Positions 14,340 to 28,373 are shown, counted from the stretch's first letter. The stretch is DNA of 64,000 nucleotides from Octopus vulgaris (GCA_951406725.2 OX597835.1:6758001-6822000); one strand, 5' to 3'. Translations and numbers: made by a program. The notes: generated by a model from the sequence alone, not told the origin.

Positions 14340-14405
<66 letters not shown>

Positions 14406-14731
14406 CCTAGCAAGCAAGCAAGCAGTCTGTCTATGCATGCATGCATGCATGCAAGTATGCATGCATATATGTATGTTTGTATCTATTCATCTATGTATAT
14501 ATGTATGTAGCTCTCTATCTTTTTATATATCTGTCTGTCTGTCTGTGTCTCCCTATCTATTTACTTCTTTCTCACTCAACCTAGACAAATAGTTAAACAT
14601 AAGAGATACATAAATGCATGCATACATATGTGCATACATCCGTACATACATACGTACATACATACACACACACATATATACATACATACATACATACATA
14701 CATATACATACATACATACATACATGCATAC

Positions 14732-14766
<35 letters not shown>

Positions 14767-14828
14767 ATGGCGGTGCCCCAGCATGGCCACAGCTCAAGAG
14801 CTGAAACTGGAAAACATAAACAAACATA

Positions 14829-14884
<56 letters not shown>

Positions 14885-14984
14885 TAAAAACGGTAAGATA
14901 ACAAAAGAAAGAAAGAGACCTCAATATTATGTAAATAGAGGAAATTTATCTATAAAATAATATGTTACAATTACTCAATAGTCA

Positions 14985-15047
14985 AGATAAAACTCTGAGT
15001 TTCAGATGCCGAAGTGGAAATCCAAAACACCATCTCTTCGGTTATCT
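14985..15047 (-). ncRNA. Hammerhead-like motif (U4C core variant) in a (TA)n-anchored element
   Basis: Minus strand agataa-CCGAAGA-GATG...CATC-t-GAAACTCAGAGTT-ttatct. 6-bp stem I, 4-bp stem II base, quasi-palindromic ACTC-A-GAGT stem III, GUU triplet. Confidence 0.6.
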
Positions 15048-15799
15048 GGCCATCTGAAAAAACGCTATGAAAAAATACCGTTATATAAAGGGAAATTACT
15101 GTGTTATAATTCTGCTACTTATATCAATTAAGATTAAAAGTTCAAAGTAAACACGTAAACATGGCTAGTCATACGCTCACATGTGCACTCGCGGACCCAC
15201 ATGCGTACTTATACATCACTATGAAAACGTACACATCTTCACTCGCATTTTTCGCCAAATATATACGCATATATATATACAAACTCATACACACACACAC
15301 ATGCGTACCGTAAAAGTTCATACGTACGTCTATATACGCACAAGCACAAGAAAAACCATGGTTAAAGGTCACAGAAAAAAAACATAAGGAGGTATAAAAA
15401 TCTTAAAAACCACGTTCATATACGGACATGCCCTTATGCACTCATACACACACACGCCCATATGTACATACCCGCACATATTTATATACGCATACATATA
15501 CACGCATATAGAAAAAATGAATATACATATGTCCCCCCCCCCAAAAAAAAATGGAAAAATACTAAGTAAAAACGTCTATATATATACATATGTGCATTCT
15601 TATGCCCGCACACACACGCACACATCTAAAACTACCCACTCATGCATATTCACACACGTGTACAAATGAATCTATATACACGTCTATATAGGCACAGGAA
15701 AAAATGCAGGATAGAAAAGTACAGAAAAAAATTGTGTGAAAATATAATGAAAATATATATAAGAAATAATAAAAGGTATAATGAGATAAAAAATGCATA

Positions 15800-15837
<38 letters not shown>

Positions 15838-15880
15838 AATATATATATACATACATATATATATATAAATAAATATACGT

Positions 15881-15931
<51 letters not shown>

Positions 15932-15938
15932 TAAATGA

Positions 15939-15981
<43 letters not shown>

Positions 15982-16024
15982 TAAATGAATATACGTACAT
16001 ATATATATATATATATATATATAA

Positions 16025-16066
<42 letters not shown>

Positions 16067-16714
16067 TTATTTATTTATTTATTTATTTATTTATTGACAA
16101 ATAAAAGGAAGAAAGAGAGAAAGAGAGGAACAAAGGAGATAGATAGAGAGAGCGAGAGAGCGAGAGAGAGAGAGAGAGGACGCGAGAGAGCAAGTCTTGG
16201 TGTTATGTTGATTGCTGTAAGCTGTACTCATGGAGGAAAGTGAAGTGAGGCAGGCTTGAGTGGAGGTGGTTGGAGGGGGGGGGGAATGGCGCATATCATC
16301 GATGGTGAGGTGGCGTGAGAGTGAGTGGGGGGGGGAGCTATACGCATAAATATATATTATTATCAAATGTGAGTTGGGAGGAAGGAAGGAAGGAAGGAAG
16401 GAAGGCGGGATTCGCTGTATGTTATCTACTGTGGACAAGGGGAGGTGGTGGTGGTGGTGGGGGGTCATGGAGGAGGTGGAGAGGGAAGACACGAAGAAGA
16501 CAGCTTTGTATTATCAACAAAATGCCAATTTCTATGGAAGTACACCTGCGCAACCGAATCTCTCACTCATGTTGATGTTGTTCCAGTAGAGGTTAGTGTA
16601 ATGGTGGTGGTGGTGGTGGGGATATTCCTGTTTTTGTTTTAAAAATATATTTTGCTGTTGGTTGGTATTATTGTTTATTCTGTTGTTCCATGATGCTGAA
16701 TTAACATATTGCCA

Positions 16715-16773
<59 letters not shown>

Positions 16774-16866
16774 ATCCAAACAAGAAAACACTGAAAAAAA
16801 CACAGCAACGCGAGGACGTGGAACAATTAAAGTATTATTTGACGCTCAGGAAAGAAGGGAAGGAGG

Positions 16867-16901
16867 GTTTAACGTTTCGAGCGGAGCTCTTCGTCGGAAA
16901 C
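16867..16901 (-). ncRNA. Minimal hammerhead motif (CCGACGA variant)
   Basis: Minus strand gttt-CCGACGA-a-GAGC tcc GCTC-GAAACGTT-aaac, with palindromic ACGT stem III. Confidence 0.65.
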
Positions 16902-17014
16902 AAAGGAGAAGGAAAGATCCCGAGAAGGGAAGACAGAGGAAAAAAAATTTTTTGCTGGTGGTGCTCAAGAGATCACATGTTGAAAGAGTATATATATATA
17001 TATATATATATATA

Positions 17015-17059
<45 letters not shown>

Positions 17060-17942
17060 CAAAATAAGCAACAAGGATATCCAGTGGTAATGCAGTACGA
17101 TCGTTTCAAGCAATTCCATTTAATTGAACAATGAAATCATTACATCAATATATATATAATTTCTCGCTCAGAGATTTAATATAGCTTATCTCTCTCTATA
17201 TAAGTATAGAGTACATAATGCACAAGTCCCTTATAGAAATTGCTGTATGTGTGCTTATACATGTGTGTGTATGTGTGTGTACATAGTTTCATTACATTCT
17301 CTACAGTGGTTCACAAATAAGTCACCTTCTCCTCTTCCGACAACATTTGGTTACACGCTGGACTGGCCTATAGAAAGCGTTTCTCTAAGATGCAAGAAGG
17401 GATGAGATCAAGATCAGCAGCTTTGCATTAATGCAGATCTCTCCTTTCTCTAAAAACCCCGAAATTTGTCCAATGGAACAGGAAGATCATTAAGACCGAC
17501 GGAAATGGAAGAACCTAAAGTCATCAGAAAGCATAGAACCAGCCAAAAAAAAAAAAAACCCAAAAAACCATTCCGCTAGAAAAGATAACATCCTGGATTC
17601 TGTGGAAGAAATGATCGTACATGAAACCGGTCTGTAGTGGCGTAAAACATGGCGCTTTTTCTCTGACGATCTTACGTTCTGCCGATATGTCTGTGAGCTT
17701 CGCATACAAACATTGAATTAATATTACACAGGGAAATATTGTCGTTGAATATAATTAGCACGTTTCTGTTTTCAGCAATATCAATAAAATGATTAGCATC
17801 GAGCACAGACTGAAAGCTCTGCTGGGGATGGGCAAAGGTGGAGAGACAGAGCGATTGAAGGAGACGAAGGAAGGTAGGCAAATGGAGAACGAAAGACAGA
17901 TGCTTATCTGTACATACATACATACATACATATATACATACA

Positions 17943-17978
<36 letters not shown>

Positions 17979-18022
17979 TATACATACGTAGCCACTCGCG
18001 CGCATGCATACATACATCCCTC

Positions 18023-18087
<65 letters not shown>

Positions 18088-18176
18088 TACAAATCTGTAT
18101 GAATATAAATATATACATATGTCTGCATATATATGCATATATATATATGTGCAAGTATGTATATATACATACATAG

Positions 18177-18237
<61 letters not shown>

Positions 18238-18610
18238 TATATATATATATACATGCATATATACACACGCATATATGTTTTTTTATAGAGAGAGAGAAGA
18301 GAGAGAAAGATAAATATATAAAATACATATATTTATGTGTATGTGTAGACATATATATATATATATATATATATAAATTTATACATTTATATATGCACAT
18401 ACACACGTGCGCTCGCGTGTGTATATGCGTGTGTGCGTGTGTTTAAATGCTTAGATACAGCGATAGAATCAAGAGCGAGCGAACGAGCCAGCAAGAAAGT
18501 TTGAGTGAGAGAGATAGAGTGTGTGTGTGTGTGTGAGGGAGAGAGAGAGAGAGAAAGAGAAAGAAAGAAAGAGAGAGAGAGAGAAGGAGTGAGAAAGAGA
18601 GAGAGAAAGA

Positions 18611-18647
<37 letters not shown>

Positions 18648-19387
18648 CAGGTGTAAATGCTGAGTAAGATAAATGATTTCTAGCCTCTTCGCGAATTTTT
18701 TCCGTTGTCATTTTTGTAGTTAACGCAGCAGTTACTTAGGGTTGTTGTGTGCTCTAGGTTGTGGCTACAGTATTATTTGTTGGGCGTCGTTAATGACGAC
18801 GGCTGCCATCATGGCGGTGGCTGTGACAGTGCTGCTGCTGCTGTTGGTGGTGGTGTTGTGGAGGACCCAACATGGCGTATGTTTTACGTTGGTCTTGTAT
18901 GTATTACGAACGAGCAGATCTCTTTTATAGCAACTTCTTTTCGATGGCGAGGCGGATACGACGGTAGTTGCGGTGCTGGTGGTTGAGGTGGTTCTCTGTC
19001 GTTCAGTGATGAAGATGAAGATTCGTTTGTCCAGTCGACTGAATTACTAGATCCTGAACTTACCTATTAGTAGCCGAGTATTCCATAAACGCGTGCATTT
19101 TCCCAGTTCTAGTTGATCCGATCAACGGAACAGCTAGCTTGTGAAAATAACGAGCAAGTGACTGCGATAACTCCAAGAAACGTGAACCTTTAATATAGTT
19201 AAATACGCATATACATACATACACACATACATACATACATACATACATACATACATACATACATACACATGCATGCATACATACATACATACATACATAT
19301 ATACATACATACATACATACATACATACATACACACATACATACATACATACATACATACATACATACATACATACACACACGCATG

Positions 19388-19419
<32 letters not shown>

Positions 19420-19675
19420 CATACATACACACATACATACATGCATGCATACATACATACATACATACATACATACACACACGCATGCATGCATACATAC
19501 ATACATACATACATACATACATACATACATACATGCATGCATACATACATACATACATACATACATACACACACGCATGCATACATACATACATACATAC
19601 ATACATACACACATACATACATATATACATACATGCATACTTACATACATACATATACATACATACATACATACA

Positions 19676-20010
19676 TACCCTACTGACGTTGAAATTCCAA
19701 TGAAGGGACCTTGGTTCTAGGTCAGAAACCAGCTCTTTCTCTATTGGTAAGAAATCTTGAAATAAACTGAATAATGACATACATACAAACACCCAAATAC
19801 ATTCATACATAATACATAGATACATACCTACATACCTACATACATACATACATACATACATACATACATACATACATACATACATACATACAAACAAAAA
19901 TACCCTGTTGTTGATGTTGAAATTTCAATGATGGAACCTTGGATATAGGTTAAAAACCAGTTCTTTCTCTATTGGCAAGAAATCTTGAAATAAACTGAAT
20001 AATGACATAC
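19676..20010 (+). repeat. Two about 110-bp direct repeats (228-nt spacing), each ending in (CATA)n; probable retroelement 3' ends
   Basis: ...ctctattgg.aagaaatcttgaaataaactgaataatgacatac occurs twice. AATAAA precedes the (CATA)n tail. Confidence 0.7.
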
Positions 20011-20096
20011 ATACATTTCGCCATGATAGTTCGCTAGTCACTTTATTTATTTCTTTATTTTCTCTCTTTATTTTCTCTCCTTGTCTCTTTGTGTTC

Positions 20097-20132
20097 CTTT
20101 CTGTGGAAAAGCATAGGTTCGAAACGTTAAAG
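20097..20132 (+). ncRNA. Degenerate minimal hammerhead-like motif
   Basis: cttt-CTGTGGA-aaagc atag gttc-GAAACGTT-aaag. Same layout as the 12.1 and 16.9 kb motifs, but the core is altered. Confidence 0.45.
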
Positions 20133-20225
20133 ACTTTTTCTCTTCCCGGGCGTTAAAATAATACATATGTCTGTTGTTTACACCACCAGTATTCGTCTTA
20201 TGTTTCTTTTTGTGAATTCTCCCGC

Positions 20226-20257
<32 letters not shown>

Positions 20258-20285
20258 CGCACATGCATATATGTATGTATGTATG

Positions 20286-20319
<34 letters not shown>

Positions 20320-20476
20320 TGTATGTATTCTAAAATGTCTGCCTTGACTAATTCGTTCAACGTTACGTATATTTGAATTATTGCTCTCGCCTTGAGGTTA
20401 TTAACTTCTGTTCAGTTTAAAACTAAAATACATTCTTGTCTTGATGTATTTCACATATAACAATCTAATATACTAC

Positions 20477-20520
<44 letters not shown>

Positions 20521-21144
20521 GTATGCATGTATATGTATGTATGCATGTATATATATGTATTTATGTATAAATATAAATATAAAATATATATATATATATA
20601 TATATGTTTATCCATGTGTATGTATGTATTTTTATATATACATACACATGCATAAATACATATATGTATACGTAAACATTTTTCTATGCACACACATACA
20701 CATATAATATACATACATATATATATATATACGTATATATGTATACACACGCACTCATATGCACACATATATGCATACACATATACACAAACCTGCACAC
20801 AGACGTATATGATCTTTATGATTTACGACTGAATATTTGCAATAACAACACACCATATAGCACCCACACGCACACACACACATACACAGGCACACATATA
20901 TACAGGCATACACAGGCACATATATATACAGACATACACAGGCACACATATATACAGACATACACAGGCAGCCTCGCAAACACAAATATACAAACATATC
21001 ACAAGATAATAGTTTACAAAACGTGTAAGCAACTAATGATGTGTGAATGAAATGATTTAAATAATGGTAACGTGAAGCATCTCTAATAATTATAATAAAA
21101 ATTTTAATTAATCTGTGTGATGTATGAACGAACATACTCTTCAC

Positions 21145-21547
21145 ACTTTTGCTTGTTTCAGTCATTTGATTGCGGTCATGCTAGAGCACCGCCTTTAGTC
21201 GAGCGAATCAACCCCAGGACTTATTTGTAAGCCTAGTACTTATTCTATCGGTCTGTTTTGCCGAACCGCTAAGTTACGGGGATGCAAACGCATCAGCATT
21301 GTCAAGCGATGTTGGGTGGGGGGACAAACACAGACACACAAACACACACACAAACACACACACACACACATACATATATACACGAGGGGCTTCTTTCAGT
21401 TTCCGTCTACCAAATCCACTCACAAGGCTTTGGTTGGCCCGAGGCTATAGTAGAAGACACTTGCCCAAGGTGCCAAGCAGTGGGACTGAACCCGGAACCA
21501 TGTGGTTGGTAAGCAAGCTACTTACCACACAGCCACTCCAGCGCCTA
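21145..21547 (-). mobile_element. Near full-length SINE with internal microsatellite
   Basis: Minus-strand head aggcgctggagtggctgtgtggtaag with B-box-like GGTTCAGTCCC. Homologous to 7765-8125. Confidence 0.85.
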
Positions 21548-21822
21548 TACGCTAACAAGCTATAAGCAAATATGGTTTTATCTTGCCGTGGACAGAAGAA
21601 GAATTAATGGTCTTCTTGTTTTTAGCTCTTAACAATTTAAAATTTTATTTTTTAATACTTGTTCATGGCTATGGGGTTAAGAAGCTCGCCTAACGGCTAC
21701 GTGATTTTGGGGTCAGTGCAATTGTGCAGCCACCTCAGGCATGCGTCGCTTACAAAAGCTCTGGGTCGACCTCTTCCTTACGAGTGAATTTGTGTAACGG
21801 AAACTGGAAGAAACCTACCGTG

Positions 21823-21854
<32 letters not shown>

Positions 21855-22139
21855 AGCACATGCATACATGCATACATACATGCATACATACATACATACA
21901 TAATACATACATAATATATACATACATACATACATATCTGTAATTATTGGGGCCCAGGGATATGTAACTCACTGCCAATCTTGAGAAATTAGGCTTCTCA
22001 AAACCAGAAAGGAGAAATCTAATTCGAAGGCAACAGATCAAAATCGTCATTGGAACTGTAAGAATCTGTAAAACTTTCCAGAAGTTTATCAATTAAGTAT
22101 ATATGAGTATGTCTAGATATGCAACTATATGCATGAGAA

Positions 22140-22810
22140 TACATACATAAAACAAAACATACAAATCTGCACCTGTACATACATACATACATACATACAC
22201 ACAAATACGCATACATACATACATACACACATACATACATACATACATACATACATACATACATACACACAAATACGCATACATACATACATACATACAT
22301 ACATACATACATACATACACACAAATACGCATACATACATACATACATACATACATACATACATAGACACAAATACGCATACATACATACATACATACAT
22401 ACATACACACAAATACGCATACATACATACATACATACATACATACATGCATGCATGCATGCATACATACATACATACATACATACATACATACATACAT
22501 ACATAGACACAAATACGCATACATACATACATACATACATACACACAAATACGCATACATACATACATACATACATACATACATACATACATACATACAT
22601 ACATAAACACAAATACGCATACATACATACATACATACATACATACATAGACACAAATACGCATACATACATACATACATACATACATACATACATACAT
22701 ACACACAAATACGCATACATACATACATACATACATACATACATACATACATACATACATACATACATAAATACATACATACATGCATGCATACATACAT
22801 ATATATACAT
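22140..22810. repeat. Higher-order repeat [cacaaatacg(cata)n]
   Basis: cacaaatacgcata spacer recurs about ten times among CATA runs. Confidence 0.85.
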
Positions 22811-22829
22811 ACAAACAAAAATACCATGT

Positions 22830-23427
22830 TGACAACCGCGTGCGTAGTCTATGTCGTGTTTTTGTGGAAGACATCAAACACGTGATTAGCAGCTGTCCTA
22901 AAATGTCGTCATGGTATTACTTCCTTAAGCGGCACGATGTTGTTGCTAAAACAATTCACAATGCCATCCGCAAAAATGACTGTCTTGAAAGAAACTTAGA
23001 AAATCCCTCTGTTATGGAATGCATTCATAAACACCAACTCAAGGAATACTGGTGGAATATATCCCATCAAAACTTCTGTCAAATGCAAACATTACAGGCC
23101 GGATATTTTTGTTTAGGATGAAGGGGCAAAGTTATGTACAATCGTGAGTTTAGCTGCCCCGCAGATATAAATACCCCCTTGAAAATCAAAGAAAAAGAGG
23201 ATATCTATGGACAACTACTTCGAAACTTCCAACTTTTATATCCAGACTATGAATTCATATGCATACCAATAATACTTGGAGCACTAGGTTTTGTTAGTAA
23301 ATGCTTAAAGGAGAATCTGGATAAACTGGGATTTTCAGAAAGAGAAATCGACCGGCTAATTCGTACATTACAAGTGCAATCTGTGAGTGGAACAGTAAAA
23401 ACATGCAAGACTTTTCTCAAGTTCTAA
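22830..23427 (+). mobile_element. R4/Dong-like non-LTR retrotransposon 3' fragment (CCHC knuckle plus restriction-like endonuclease), frameshifted
   Basis: LCRVFVEDIKHVISSCP...KRHDVVAK...WWN, then RPDIFV, EFSCPAD...KIKEKEDIY...IPIILGALG. These are hallmark RLE-clade motifs. Abuts (CATA)n. Confidence 0.8.
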
Positions 23428-23587
23428 ATATGAATTTGTCTGTGTCAACTACACCCCAAAGACGGAGCCTTGTATCTTTATAAATATAGCTTTTTATAAT
23501 CATATGTTACGACTTCTTGGAATCGGTTTGTCTGACTTAGTTATGCAAATCAGACAAACTGACTATAAGTAGAGGGAGCGGGTGCGC

Positions 23588-24140
23588 AAGCTTGGTTTCT
23601 GATGAAGCTCCTGTCAGAATAGAAATGACGCAGGTTAACGTACACCTTTTTCTGTTCATAAAAAATTAAAAAAAAGGAATTTATTTATATTTGTCTAGTA
23701 TATATTACAACACAGCGATATATATCACTTATATCATTAATCATTAGAGATAGCTTAGATGTTTTATGCAGACAAACCAATGTAGCGGTCGTAATGTATT
23801 ATGATTATAAATATATCTAAGCTCAGCCCTCCCCCGTGGGCAGACTGAGCGGCGATGAGCGATGGTATCTGGTGAATACTCTAATTAGACTCGAAACCGA
23901 TTACGTTAATGTCTACGGACAGAAAATTTGGATCTATTGCGCACATCAGATAAATAGATCGAGAGAAGGCATTATATTAGGATTATAAATAGCTATAAGC
24001 TATTTCCCTCCCATAAGGATAAATTATGTCGGCGTAGAAGCTTGGCCGCTGACAAAGCTCCAAATGGAAACGAAACCAGTCAGGTTAAGGTTTCCTTTTT
24101 CTTTTTGTTCACGGAAGGAAAAAGAAGGAATTTATTTACA
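23588..24140 (+). repeat. Diverged direct repeat with 450-nt period, each unit carrying a decayed hammerhead-like motif
   Basis: aagcttgg...CTGATGAagctcc...GAAA...caggttaa...ggaatttattta at 23588-23690, and aagcttgg...CTGACAAagctcc...GAAACCAGTCaggttaag...ggaatttattta at 24038-24140. Confidence 0.6.
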
Positions 24141-24485
24141 TATGAAGAGTGTATTAATTAAGTGTATTACTAAGCTGTGATATCTAACGTCTATACAATT
24201 AATTATTAGAGATAATATTTTATGTACTGCGTTCGTGACTATCTCATTATGAAGTAAACAGCAAGGTTTTCATGAAACTAATTACACGACAGTTTGATAA
24301 CAAAACATTCCTTTCATTGAGGAAGGGGTTTAGTAATTAGAATTAGAAAAACTCTGCTAAGGTTAATGATAATTACTAACGAAATAATTAGATGCATTTC
24401 CGTATTTAATATACCTGTTAATTAACACCAAATACATTGCACAGCCAGTCATTGTAATGTATGTATGTATGTATGTATGTATGTA

Positions 24486-24516
<31 letters not shown>

Positions 24517-24832
24517 ATGTATGTATGTGTGTGTGTGTGTATGTATGTATGTGTGTGTATGTATGTATGTATGTATGTATGTACATATTTATGTATGTGT
24601 GTGTGTATGTATGTATGTATGTATGTATGTGTGTGTGTATGTATGTATGTGTGTGTATGTATATGTGTGGATGTATGTATGTTTGTATGTATGTATAGTA
24701 GAAGATACTTTCCCAAGTTGCCACGCAATGGGAGTGAACCCAGAACCACATGGTTGAGAAGCAAGATTCTTACCACTCGGCCACAACTGCGCCTATATGT
24801 ATATATTTATATATATACACACACATATATAC

Positions 24833-24905
<73 letters not shown>

Positions 24906-26610
24906 CATACATATATATATATATGTGTGTGAGTGTGTGTGTGTGTGTGTGTGTATGCGTATATGTGGGTGCATTTAACTAACTTTTCGATTCTGACATT
25001 GCTTTCCTCTTGTTTACACCCTCTCCCGCTCACTCGCACACCCCCTCTCTCTGTTTTGGTTTCGGCAAAACAGATGTATTCTGTAGTAAACATAAAGAAA
25101 TAAGCAAAGCGATAATATTTCATTCCGGAAGAAATGTGGAAGGAGATGAAGTCAAGAACTTTGAGTAATGAGTTGATAAATCATCGGAATGGTTCCAAAG
25201 AATTTCGGCAGAACCAAAAGTTCATTCGATCGCAATGGCCAGCAATGAGATGGCCGAGTGGTTAAAGCGTTGTACTCTGTAACTAAATTGAGTGCTTTCT
25301 GGGGTCGATCCTACTGTGTAGAATATTGAACAGGTGTCTTTTACTATAGCCATGGGCCGACGAAAACTTCATAAATGGAATTTGATTGGCGGAAACTGTA
25401 TGGAGGGCATGGAAGGACAAGATCTGTTCATGGGCGGTTCACTTAATTGATAGCATGGCTTAACACCCCCAACTGTCCCTAGTGTGCCTTTAGCTCGCGG
25501 GGTTCATTGCGCGTTGAGCCTTCGGGCCAAGTTTCCGGTCAAATGATGGCTTTCTTTTTTCCTGTGCCCGTATCGAAATCTTTAAAAACACAACCATCCT
25601 CCCTCAAAAAAAAAACTGATGCTACTCTTTCCCAAAACGAGAAAATGTGGCGAACTGGCAGATTCGTTAGAGCATCGGACAAAATTTCTTATAAGTGCAA
25701 TATTTCTTCCGGCTCTCTGTGCTCCAAGTTCAAATGCTGCCGAAGTCAACTTTGTCTTTTATCCTTTTTGGAGTGGGGGGTTGATAAAAAAACGTACCTA
25801 TTCCAGAGCACTAGATTGGTGAAGCTTTAAGGACGTTGGACCCGATACCTTCCAGTATTGTTTCCGAATTTCAGCGCTCTGAGTTCAAATCCAATCGAGG
25901 GTGACATTGCTTTTAATCCTTTCTGGTTGTCAATTAAAGGAAATTCTATCAATCCAGGGCTGTAGATAGGCGGAACTTCAAGAACGCCATAGTGGAAGCC
26001 TGGGGGTATTTGTTTCGGTTCTTTACGTTGTGTATTCAAATCCCACTATGGCCTGATCACCTAATGTACAACACCCACACCACCAGCCGCACCACCACCT
26101 GCACCACCACCCGCACCACCACCCGCACTACTACTACCACCACCACCACCACCACCACCACCAAATCCACCACCAAATCCACCACCAAAACCACCACCAC
26201 CCGCACCCGCACTCGCACCCGCACCACCAGCACCACTACTCATATCACCACTACCACCAAAACTACTAGCATCCCCAGTCACCTTGGATACCACTTTGCA
26301 AGCAATCGGACCAAAACTCCGATTTGAGGATATCTACCACCCTGAAGTCCTGCCCATTAGTTCCTGAAACTCTGTGAAGGGACACAGGATCATGGGCCAT
26401 AACTTCCCTTCTGACTAAAAAAACCCCCAAAAGAATAAAAAACAACAACATAGAAACAAGGGAGCGAACTCACTTCTCATATTTTCCTTCGAAAGAACAA
26501 CACTTTGGATAAAATGTATTAAATTTAACTACTTTGGTTTAACTCCCCTTTGTTTTTTTTCTCAAGTCTCCACCACAAGAAAACTGAACATTTCTCGGTT
26601 TCCATTGCAG

Positions 26611-26715
26611 ATAATTCCTCTGTAGATCACAATAATGTTGATGCTGACGGTCCCTTGTCGATCTACTCCTGGCGAGCCAACATTATCAGTCCTTGCAGCT
26701 TAACTTGTGATACAG
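26611..26715 (+). CDS. ADAMTSL2: ADAMTSL2-like exon 4 (start of first TSP1 repeat after linker)
   Basis: ttgcag acceptor, gtatgt donor, phase 1-1. Encodes ...IYSWRANIISPCSLTCDT(G). Confidence 0.9.
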
Positions 26716-26785
26716 GTATGTACCTTGTTATTTCTTACTGTATTGAAATGCACTCACCACCGCATGCGATGACTATAGGCATTCA

Positions 26786-26855
<70 letters not shown>

Positions 26856-26967
26856 TACATACATAACCGCGCGCATATATTGTCTTCATACACACACTTC
26901 CGTATGTGCATGTAGGCATACAGATACACACACATTCACGCATCTTTATGCTTATTCATAATAAGCA

Positions 26968-27092
26968 AATATGGTTGCGATGCATGTGCCTGGTGTACCC
27001 TTATCAGGCGAGTAGTCATGATGGGTATACTGTGCTTCGTATATTTTACTCCAGTGTCACATTGATGGCATACACTGCTCTCTCACTCGCTC

Positions 27093-27182
<90 letters not shown>

Positions 27183-27795
27183 TCTAATGATAATAAAAAT
27201 AAAAATAATAATAATAATACTAACAATAATAATAATAGTAAATGCCCTGATACAATGCCAAGCACCGGCTCTCATGGCTTCTCATCTTAACAGATTGGAA
27301 GTGTTGATACATATGTATTTTGTCTTGGTATAAAAGATGGGCTACAACAAATATTCTGCTCAATACCTCAGATTTGCTTGGCAGTTGTTTGACCTTAACT
27401 AGTTGAACATGTCCCTTAATGACTGACGATATGTGCATCTCTGATCATGCGCAGAAGTAGTGGGGGAGTATCACAGCCATGTGTTGAGAGGGATTCTTTG
27501 GTGTTTGGATAATTCACCTCTGGAAACATGAGTGTTTCGTTCATCACCCTTAAACAACCCTTATCCAGGGACCTGAGTAAGATGGGCTACTCAACCCGAA
27601 GAAAATTCTAACTGGGTTCCACCTTCAAGGTTACGCGTTGTTTATCTTGATATAAAATTACCACGTCGCGCACGTATGGTTGTGATGCATGTGCCCGATG
27701 TACCCTTATCGGACGGGTAGCTGTGATGGGTGTATTGGGCTTCGTACAATTGTACCCTAGTGCCACTTTGATGGTATGCGCTGCTCTCTCACTCA
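26968..27795 (+). mobile_element. (TAA)n-associated interspersed element (about 555 bp, 27240-27795) preceded by a duplicate of its 3' end (26968-27092)
   Basis: atggttg.gatgcatgtgcc...ctgctctctcactc followed by (aat)n occurs twice. Confidence 0.65.
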
Positions 27796-28373
27796 ATAAT
27801 AATAATAATAATAATTTTAATAATAAAAATGGTTTAAAGTTTTGGTAGAAGGCCAGCAATTTCAGAGAAGGGAGTAAGTTGATTACATCGAGCCAGTACT
27901 TAACTCGTACTTTATTCATCGATCCCGAGAGGACGAAAAGCAAAGTCCACCTCGGAGGAATTTGAACTCAGAATCAGAACGTAAAGAAGGATGAAATGCC
28001 GCTAAGCGTTCTGTCCGGCGTGTTAACGATTCTGCCAGCTTAATAGAAACAGCCATACTTCATATTCTAAGCGCGGGTTGACCACCGGAATCGGAGAGAG
28101 AACAACTCTGATTATGGCATGAGGAAATTCCCCTGCACGAAATTTTAGATCCGAAAAGTATTTCACAATATTTCTACTCTACTAGCTTGATTCAGAAACA
28201 AGACGTGCTCTGATTTCTAGTGCCAATGTCCAGGATGTTGATGGTAGCCTCTCTCCGTTTAGAACCTGCTTCCTTATAATCTGACTATTTAGAGAGAAAG
28301 GTCATAAATAGTCAGTATGGCCCTTTTCTTCTCCCTTGTCTATTTAAAAAAAATTATGTATTTTATATTTATA

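Noticed and set aside
17302-17700. Candidate extra exon after ctctacag at 17306
   Set aside because: The required phase-1 frame hits a stop within four codons. The TA-CAGTGG start and decayed peptide look more like a Tc1/mariner remnant, too weak to call.
22812-22831. 19/20 match to 19891-19910, both directly after (CATA)n
   Set aside because: Short and A-rich. It could link the 19.7 kb units to the R4/Dong LINE but cannot be separated from chance without a family consensus.
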